A DNA stretch of 64,000 nt, taken from assembly GCA_036785375.1 (NCBI GenBank), contig JAWMAR010000079.1, positions 3,224,001 through 3,288,000 of the forward strand, in the 5' to 3' direction. Position 1 is the stretch's first letter, and every line of letters starts with the position of its first letter. This stretch comes from Leucoraja ocellata (lineage: Eukaryota). Positions 60,601-64,000 of the stretch are shown here, piece by piece. The notes beneath the pieces are model-generated. The model did not search any database, was not told where the DNA came from, and saw only the letters and a program-made list of their open reading frames with translations. The position numbers and the translations under genes were made by a program.

Positions 60601-62749
60601 TGTTCGGGAGGGAGTTGATTATGTAGACCCTCTGGTAGAGGATGAAAAATTAGTTTAGTTTAGAGATACAGTGTGGAAACGGGCCATTCTGTCCACCGAG
60701 TCCACGGTGACCGATGATTACTCGTTCTATCCAACACACAAGGGACAATTTACAGAAGCCAACAAACCTGCGCGTCTTTGAAGTGTGGCAGGAAACCAGA
60801 CCCACGTGGACACGGGGAGAACGTACAAACTTTGTACAGACCATAGTCAGGATCGAATCTGGGTCTCTGGCGCTGTTAGGCTGCAACTCCATTGCTGCGC
60901 CACCGTGCTGGGGCTTGGGAATTACTTTTGGCATATGGTTGCTGAGTGACGGGAATGCATTTTGTAGATTGTACCACATATGGATGGTAGAAAAGCCTTG
61001 AAGTGTCAGGAATCTGGTTACTGGATATCCAACTGCCAACCTGCACTTGTAGCCACAGTATGTAGCAATCGAACCCCAGGTTATAGGTAATGATAATTGC
61101 AGGGATAGGTAGTCCCTGCACTTCCGTAATGATAATTGAACATTGAGGTTAGATGACAGACTTTAGAGATGGTTATTTCTGGCTCTTTTATGTCACAGTT
61201 ATTATTTGCCTCGTCTCAAAGCATGCCTACATATTGCCTGGGGTCATGCATGCAGGCATGGATGGGTTTTTTTAGTTTAGTTGATTGTCACGTCTACTGA
61301 GATATAGTGAAAAACATTTTTGTTGTGTGTTATCCAGTCAGTGCAAAGACTATACATGGTTACAATCAAGATGTCCACAGTGTACTGCCACAGGATAAAG
61401 ATAATCACGTTTAGTGCAAGATAAAGTCCAATTAAAGATAGTCCATGGGTCTCCAATGAGGTAGATGGGAGGTCAGGACCACTGTCTTGTTGTTTATGGG
61501 ATGGTTCAGTTGCCTGATAACAGCTGGGCCAAACTGTCCCTGCATCTGGAGGTGTGTGTTTTCACACTTCTTGCATGATGGGGGAGGGGAGATGAGGGAA
61601 TGACCAGGGCTTCATCGCTGAGGATTTGTGTATAGAATCTAATGTGGTCTCATGACCAATTGTGAATTGATGTATAGAGGGTTTATTGATTAGGGGCTGA
61701 TGATGGTCAGCCCTGTGAAGCATGTCTGAGAAACTCCTTCAGCAGTCTCCAGGGCTGTAATGGTTGGTCTCCGATGACCACAACCATCTTCCTTTTCTTT
61801 CACTGATCAGATCCCCTTCAAAATCTCTCTGGGTCACTCATGTGAATGACCACTGTCCTAAATCTGGCTGGCATGGACACTCAATTGAAACGGGATCTCC
61901 CTTGGTATCTATCAGTGGCTCAGTACATAGTGTACTGAAATAACCGGTTTAGACTAGTGTAAAATAGACTAGCGCATGGAGCTTGGGTGGTCTAAGGCAA
62001 ACCAGTGCTGATTCACAGTAATGTGTCCAAATATTGAATTCCGGGTTCAGCCTACATCACTAAAAACCACCTCCAGCGATATTAAGAAAATGATGATAGC
62101 CGACGTCACTTATCCTGAGAGGTCAATGAGGTTTGAAGAACACTTGTAAATCCACAGTGAAATAATCATAAACATTTGCAGAGCAAAATTGAAAGCCAAT
62201 CTGCAGCAGATGCGAGTTTCATTTTAAGTCAAATAACTGGTTCATTAATCTTTTGGATGCGTTAAAGATATTTAATCAGCTTCATTTAACAAAGCTGCCT
62301 TTTTATGCAGATGTCAAAATTATGTCAATATTTTGAATAGTTTTGCATGTTAATTAATTGGGGCGAGTCAGATGACCGAGTAAATGAATCAACCGATTGT
62401 CTGAAATTAATGTTCCATCCTTGTTTTCTTGCCTCCACTGCAGCATTACAGCACCTCCCTCCTTGCCGCCGCAGCTGCAGCAGCGAGCGCTTCAGAGGAT
62501 CAGGACCTCATTCACTCCTCGCTCAATCGATTCTTTCCGTACAGCTCTTCGCAAATGTTCCTGGAACAACCAAACTCGGCGCCTGTCAACACGCTGGCGG
62601 TGACCAACGGCAGCAGCAGCGGGAGCAACAGCAGCCTCGTCTCCTCCAGCAGCTTGCGGGAAAATCTCGGACATCCCGGGGCGACCCGGAGCGGTGTGGA
62701 AAATGGCACCATTTTTGGCACCATACCAGATGTTATTTCATTGGACTGA
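4556..62749 (+). CDS. PIAS1: PIAS1 (protein inhibitor of activated STAT 1, E3 SUMO-protein ligase), spliced CDS of 13 exons; 5' first coding exon not in window
   Basis: Exons translate to recognisable PIAS1 peptides ([16 protein letters not shown]..., [22 protein letters not shown]...[14 protein letters not shown], ...IPDVISLD*). All junctions are AG/GT, phases are compatible, and the summed length of 1929 nt is divisible by 3. Confidence 0.97.
6095..7150 (-). mobile_element. CR1-type LINE 3' fragment split by the Penelope insertion
   Basis: cccttcagcccacg... before, and gcatccaccacttaccctggcagc...tttcctttaaatt...ctctcactttaaagctat after, the insertion. Confidence 0.6.
6178..6933 (+). mobile_element. 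Penelope-like retroelement, 5'-truncated, GIY-YIG endonuclease region plus terminal repeat
   Basis: ORF 6431-6688 [39 protein letters not shown] (LIY...YIG); flanked by the 14-bp direct repeat CATCTGCCTGCATG (6164-6177 and 6934-6947). Confidence 0.88.
8750..9410 (+). mobile_element. CR1-type LINE fragments
   Basis: [50 protein letters not shown], followed by degraded RT-region sequence. Confidence 0.75.
10644..10828. repeat. GC-rich minisatellite, 77-bp period made of two alternating ~38-bp subunits
   Basis: GAGGTTCGGCGCCC starts at 10644, 10721 and 10798; the core GTCGGGGCGGCCC occurs five times. Confidence 0.9.
11230..11276. repeat. (TATC)n microsatellite (retroelement tail)
   Basis: Direct read. 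Confidence 0.95.
16275..16500. mobile_element. Penelope-derived inverted terminal-repeat hairpin element (older)
   Basis: Same terminal-repeat sequence head-to-head with degenerate hammerhead halves (ggtcgggacccttcctcagact / ggacccaaaacgttacc). Confidence 0.65.
18620..19680 (+). mobile_element. Degraded CR1/L2-group LINE with a younger CR1 3' end nested at about 18987-19209
   Basis: [19 protein letters not shown] (RT region); nested gtggaattctctgcctcagagggcggtggaggcc...gggccgaatggcctcctcctgcacctattgtctattgtct. Confidence 0.6.
19680..20052. mobile_element. Penelope-derived inverted terminal repeats with spacer
   Basis: caaaatgctggagtaactcag...gacgtttcgggt (minus) and gtcacatattcctttcctccagagatgctgcc...ctgcagttccttcctacac (plus). 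Confidence 0.65.
21625..21877 (-). mobile_element. HE1-like tRNA-derived SINE
   Basis: (TAAAC)n tail and CR1-derived 3' end, central GGTTTCCTCCCAC-type box, tRNA-like head GGCACGGTGGCACAGCGGTAGAG on the minus strand. Confidence 0.8.
23521..23815 (+). mobile_element. HE1-like SINE, nested within an oppositely oriented older copy (about 23311-23917, minus)
   Basis: GGGTGGCATGGTGGCACAGC...GGTTTCCTCCCACACTCAAAGACGTACAGG...GGGCCGAAAGGCCTGTTTCCGC; flanks on both sides are minus-strand HE1 halves. Confidence 0.8.
24621..24680. repeat. (AC)n microsatellite
   Basis: Direct read. Confidence 0.95.
24823..25000 (-). mobile_element. Rex1-type 3' tail fragment with (TGAATC)n
   Basis: Reverse complement reads CATTTCGTT-hairpin-AATGACAATTAAA-(TGAATC)3. 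Confidence 0.6.
25152..25236 (+). CDS. PIAS1: PIAS1 exon 3, 85 nt
   Basis: ttaag|CTTCGGATAATGGCCAG...TCAAT|gtaagt; (A)[27 protein letters not shown](M). Confidence 0.95.
27150..27487 (+). mobile_element. Old tRNA-derived SINE of a second family (related degenerate copies near 27935-28440 and 53395-53700)
   Basis: A/B-box-like TAGTGGTTAA...GGAGTTCAAATTC; 3' AATAAATACTAGCATTGCCAGC...CCACATTCTGTGAA tail. Confidence 0.5.
27641..27688 (+). CDS. PIAS1: PIAS1 exon 4, 48 nt
   Basis: ttcag|GGACATATCG...TTAAG|gtaatg; [15 protein letters not shown](R). Confidence 0.95.
28649..28739 (+). CDS. PIAS1: PIAS1 exon 5, 91 nt
   Basis: tcaag|GTTTTGTTTATCAGAA...CTTCCA|gtaagt; [30 protein letters not shown]. 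Confidence 0.95.
28823..28957 (+). CDS. PIAS1: PIAS1 exon 6 (PINIT motif), 135 nt
   Basis: cctag|GGCTATCTA...GGCAGA|gtaagc; [45 protein letters not shown]. Confidence 0.96.
29560..31200 (-). mobile_element. Degraded Rex1/Babar-type LINE, reverse-transcriptase ORF fragments
   Basis: Minus-strand peptides [50 protein letters not shown] and [21 protein letters not shown]; frameshifted. Confidence 0.8.
31209..31236 (+). ncRNA. Minimal (type I-like) hammerhead ribozyme motif
   Basis: CTGAAGA-A-GGGTCTCGATCC-GAAAC-ATC: catalytic boxes intact, stem II with one G-U pair. Confidence 0.6.
31698..31725 (+). ncRNA. Minimal hammerhead ribozyme motif
   Basis: CTGAAGA-A-GGGTCTCGACCC-GAAAT-GTC. Confidence 0.65.
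32920..33096. mobile_element. Penelope-derived inverted terminal-repeat hairpin element
   Basis: gacaaaaaaatgctggagaaactcag...aaggaataggcga mirrored by tcgcttattccttctctcc...ctgagtttctccagcattttttgtc; central gaagaagggtctcgacccgaaacgtc. Confidence 0.75.
34162..34267 (+). CDS. PIAS1: PIAS1 exon 7, 106 nt
   Basis: accag|AGCTACTCCATG...GCATTAA|gtaagc; [35 protein letters not shown](I). Confidence 0.95.
36877..37180. mobile_element. PIF/Harbinger-type MITE
   Basis: Termini AGGGCCTGTCCCACTTACGC / GCGTAAGTGGGACAGGCCCT, imperfect inverted arms of about 115 bp, and a 3-bp TTA duplication at 36874-36876 and 37181-37183. Confidence 0.85.
39289..39362 (+). CDS. PIAS1: PIAS1 exon 8, 74 nt
   Basis: tgcag|TCAAAGAGAAA...TGTCCT|gtgagt; [24 protein letters not shown]. 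Confidence 0.96.
39568..39854 (-). mobile_element. HE1-like SINE
   Basis: Same diagnostic blocks as the other copies, reverse strand. Confidence 0.8.
39868..40770 (-). mobile_element. GC/CpG-rich non-coding retroelement, apparently fuller-length copy of the same family
   Basis: Shares blocks with 10437-11276 (e.g. GCTGAGGCCTAATGG, AGAGGGAGAAGAGGAGGGAAGAGACTG, TTTTGCCTCCACCACAGTGAGGAG); tail (AATTCT)n; 5' end CGGAAGTGGCGGCG. Confidence 0.75.
42898..43171 (+). mobile_element. HE1-like SINE
   Basis: GGGCGGCACAGTGGCGCAGC (A box), GGTTCAATCC (B box), tail CTAAACTAAAC. Confidence 0.85.
43330..43520. mobile_element. Penelope-derived inverted terminal-repeat element
   Basis: agagtaactcggcaggtcaggcaacatc...gacccaaaacgtcacctatcc...gatgctgcctgactaactgagttattccagca. 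Confidence 0.65.
43692..43852 (+). CDS. PIAS1: PIAS1 exon 9 (SP-RING/MIZ zinc finger), 161 nt
   Basis: tacag|CTGGGCAAAATG...GATGG|gtgagc; [53 protein letters not shown](G). Confidence 0.97.
45457..45898 (-). mobile_element. Penelope-like terminal repeat and 3' UTR fragment (degenerate hammerhead motif)
   Basis: ctggagtaacccagtggatcaggcagcatctctggag...ggacccttcttcagactg, followed by a purine-rich UTR and ORF-end sequence similar to 804-1391. Confidence 0.65.
46735..46968 (-). mobile_element. Degenerate Penelope-like GIY-YIG fragment
   Basis: Resembles the reverse complement of 6560-6760 (ccaagtggaatatgatgcgttgttcttccag..., ggtatgggaaagtg...gaattaaaatagcgagcaacc). Confidence 0.55.
47605..48345 (+). 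mobile_element. CR1-type LINE 3' fragment hosting the hairpin element
   Basis: cctcacttggagtattgtgttcagtt...gaggggtgatcttatagaggtgtataaaatcatgagg...tggaacaagctgcc. Confidence 0.8.
47992..48182. mobile_element. ~190-bp non-autonomous Penelope-derived hairpin element with hammerhead motif in the loop
   Basis: Inverted arms ~48038-48090 and ~48128-48179; motif at 48095-48122; 13-bp target-site duplication CTGCCCAAGGAAG at 47979-47991 and 48183-48195. Confidence 0.8.
50150..51520 (+). mobile_element. Heavily degraded CR1-type LINE
   Basis: Remnants such as tggagagcagcaaacgtgacccc, ccaagtttgcagct, gggccttggtgagactgc. Confidence 0.65.
54030..54160 (+). CDS. PIAS1: PIAS1 exon 10, 131 nt
   Basis: aacag|ATTATTCATGGAA...GTGGATG|gtacgt; [43 protein letters not shown](G). 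Confidence 0.95.
55040..55202 (+). CDS. PIAS1: PIAS1 exon 11 (SUMO-interacting motif + acidic tract), 163 nt
   Basis: gttag|GTGCATGTCCA...AAAGG|gtaagc; [53 protein letters not shown]. Confidence 0.93.
56530..57400 (+). mobile_element. CR1-type LINE 3' portion
   Basis: aaatttgctgacgacattaaaattgg (KFADDxK), [24 protein letters not shown]; CR1 3' UTR. Confidence 0.85.
57485..57624 (+). CDS. PIAS1: PIAS1 exon 12, 140 nt
   Basis: tgtag|GGTTTTAAAT...TTACAAG|gtaagc; [46 protein letters not shown](G). Confidence 0.93.
58097..58386 (-). mobile_element. HE1-like SINE
   Basis: tttagtttagtttt tail, ggagtgtgggaggaaaccgg, ggatcgaacccggg (B box reversed). Confidence 0.85.
58420..59420 (-). mobile_element. 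CR1-type LINE 3' portion split by the Rex1 insertion
   Basis: catagaacagtacagcac...gtctaccctatctatgcctctcataat...ctctatcaggtctccc. Confidence 0.7.
58689..59137 (+). mobile_element. Rex1/Babar-type LINE 3' end inserted in a CR1 fragment
   Basis: [46 protein letters not shown]; 3' hairpin then TGACAAT and (TGAATC) tail; TGCCC on both flanks. Confidence 0.85.
59584..59611 (+). ncRNA. Minimal hammerhead ribozyme motif within a solo Penelope terminal repeat (about 59572-59708)
   Basis: CTGAAGA-A-GGGTCTCGACCC-GAAAC-ATC. Confidence 0.65.
59919..59956 (+). CDS. PIAS1: PIAS1 exon 13, 38 nt
   Basis: aacag|GTTTAGATCTA...AATCAG|gtatgt; (G)[12 protein letters not shown]. Confidence 0.93.
60095..60312 (+). 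mobile_element. CR1-type LINE 3' end
   Basis: gagatgagaaaaccatttttcacacagagagtggtgaatctgtggaattctctgccacag...ttctatgtttctatg tail. Confidence 0.85.
60468..60494 (+). ncRNA. Minimal hammerhead ribozyme motif within an inverted terminal-repeat element (about 60430-60546)
   Basis: CTGATGA-A-GGGTCTGGCCT-GAAAT-GTC; canonical CUGAUGA box, stem II with G-U pairs. Confidence 0.6.
60650..60908 (-). mobile_element. HE1-like SINE
   Basis: Same blocks, reverse strand. Confidence 0.8.
61270..61610 (-). mobile_element. Rex1-type LINE 3' fragment
   Basis: Reverse complement ends TTTTCACT...GTGACAATCAACTAAACTAAA; upstream resembles the C-terminal coding region seen at 58721-58954. Confidence 0.55.
62444..62749 (+). 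CDS. PIAS1: PIAS1 last coding exon (14), 306 nt to TGA
   Basis: tgcag|CATTACAGC; [26 protein letters not shown]...[12 protein letters not shown]. Confidence 0.95.
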   Translation, partial: HYSTSLLAAAAAAASASEDQDLIHSSLNRFFPYSSSQMFLEQPNSAPVNTLAVTNGSSSGSNSSLVSSSSLRENLGHPGATRSGVENGTIFGTIPDVISLD

Positions 62750-64000
62750 CATTTGAAATAATGGCTAACTTTTTTTGTGGTGGGTCTGGGAGGGGAAAAT
62801 AAAGAAGGAAAAAGTCTGGTTTGTTTCACCTTTTAAAATAAATTTAGAAGTGTAGAGGCCCTTTTTTTAAATAAACAAAAAAAAATTAAAAAAAGACACC
62901 ATGTACAGAGAACAAAATACTATATTTTCAGTTAACTTTTGTATATAAATTCAAGACTGTCTGTCTTTTAAGGTTATTTCAGTTTACTTTGTGAAAGCAG
63001 AGTTTTTACGATGTATTTGTCTGTTTCGTGATATTCCTTTTTGTATTGTTCGATGGCATTACTTCCACAGTTGACATTATTTGACTTAGAAAATTTTCAT
63101 TGTACTTCACTGTAGAATATTTCTTTTGGAAAGAACTGAAATGTCAATGATTGACAACGATATTTTCCTTTTTTGTGCAAATAATTTTATTATTCTTTAA
63201 GTTATGTAAAGTATCTTGACTGTTCCTCATATCATTCCCTCTGCGTTTGCAGGAAGTAGCTTTGGGGAATGCTCAATACCGTACAGTTTTTCACCTTTGG
63301 GGAGGGTGGTGGTGAAGTTTGTGGACGACCCCTTCACAAATTCCACATCTTCCGTTTTATAAAGTAGCATTTTTCAAGCATTAAGGAATTGTAATAAGGG
63401 AGAAAATGTATCCTTTTGTTGAACCTCTTATTTTCCTGTTTCCCTGAAAAGCTCTAACTGTAGAATGCCTCCAGTTTGTATACCTGTTATTTTTCTCTTT
63501 TAAAAAAAAAAAAACCTCATTTCATACACGTGCACTGTTTGCTCACTGGGCATTGTCCATTGTCATATTACAGCCAGCTTGCTAAGAAAATGCCAGATTG
63601 GGTGTGGAATTTATCCCTGTATTTCAAGTGCCCTGTTTGGCAAAGCACCAGTTTCCACTGCATGCTCCCAGTTGAAACGGGGGTGCCAGAATTTGGGTAC
63701 TTTTGGTGTACTGATACATCGCCCCAACTAACCACACTGCCACTCATGTGACCCTCAGCTTTGTTTTCATTCACGTTTCTTTAGTCTGTTGCTTGTTCAG
63801 TGCATTATGATCTTTGCCAAGCGTGGAAGCAACCAACCAAATTGTCCCCCCCCCCCCCTCTCAATGAATGGTCCATATTCTCTGTTTGGAGTGTGACTGT
63901 CTCTCAGATCCTTGAAACAAACAGAATTCTCAAACAAATAGTTGGTGTGTGCACACAGTCTAGTGTACTAAAGAAAGTAAATATTTTTCACAGCCTTCAC
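62750..64000 (+). other. PIAS1: PIAS1 3' UTR (end not defined)
   Basis: AU-rich, repeat-poor sequence after the stop codon; AATAAA hexamers near 62798, 62837 and 62870; TGTATATA at 62940-62947. Confidence 0.6.

Overview
Eukaryotic (vertebrate) genomic DNA, most likely from a cartilaginous fish (skate/ray/shark), inferred from HE1-type SINEs and the CR1/Rex1/Penelope repeat mix. The window holds one protein-coding gene on the + strand: PIAS1 (E3 SUMO ligase; SAP, PINIT, SP-RING, SIM domains). Thirteen coding exons (orthologous to exons 2-14) were traced by eye with GT-AG junctions and a continuous frame (1929 nt, 642 aa + stop, ending at 62749). The short first coding exon was not found and probably lies upstream. 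The introns are full of repeats: CR1 and Rex1/Babar LINE fragments, HE1-type tRNA SINEs, a PIF/Harbinger-type MITE, a young GC-rich non-coding retroelement in two inverted copies, and many Penelope-like (GIY-YIG) fragments. The main hidden signal is a minimal hammerhead ribozyme motif, CTGA(A/T)GA-A-GGGTCTCGACCC-GAAA(C/T)(G/A)TC, present a dozen or more times in Penelope-derived terminal repeats. It occurs in tandem sense pairs whose helix-III halves are mutually complementary (31209/31698, and 59584/60468 around exon 13) and in ~190-bp hairpin mini-elements with long target-site duplications. Repeat boundaries are approximate; exon boundaries were counted directly. Ribozyme activity is inferred, not shown.
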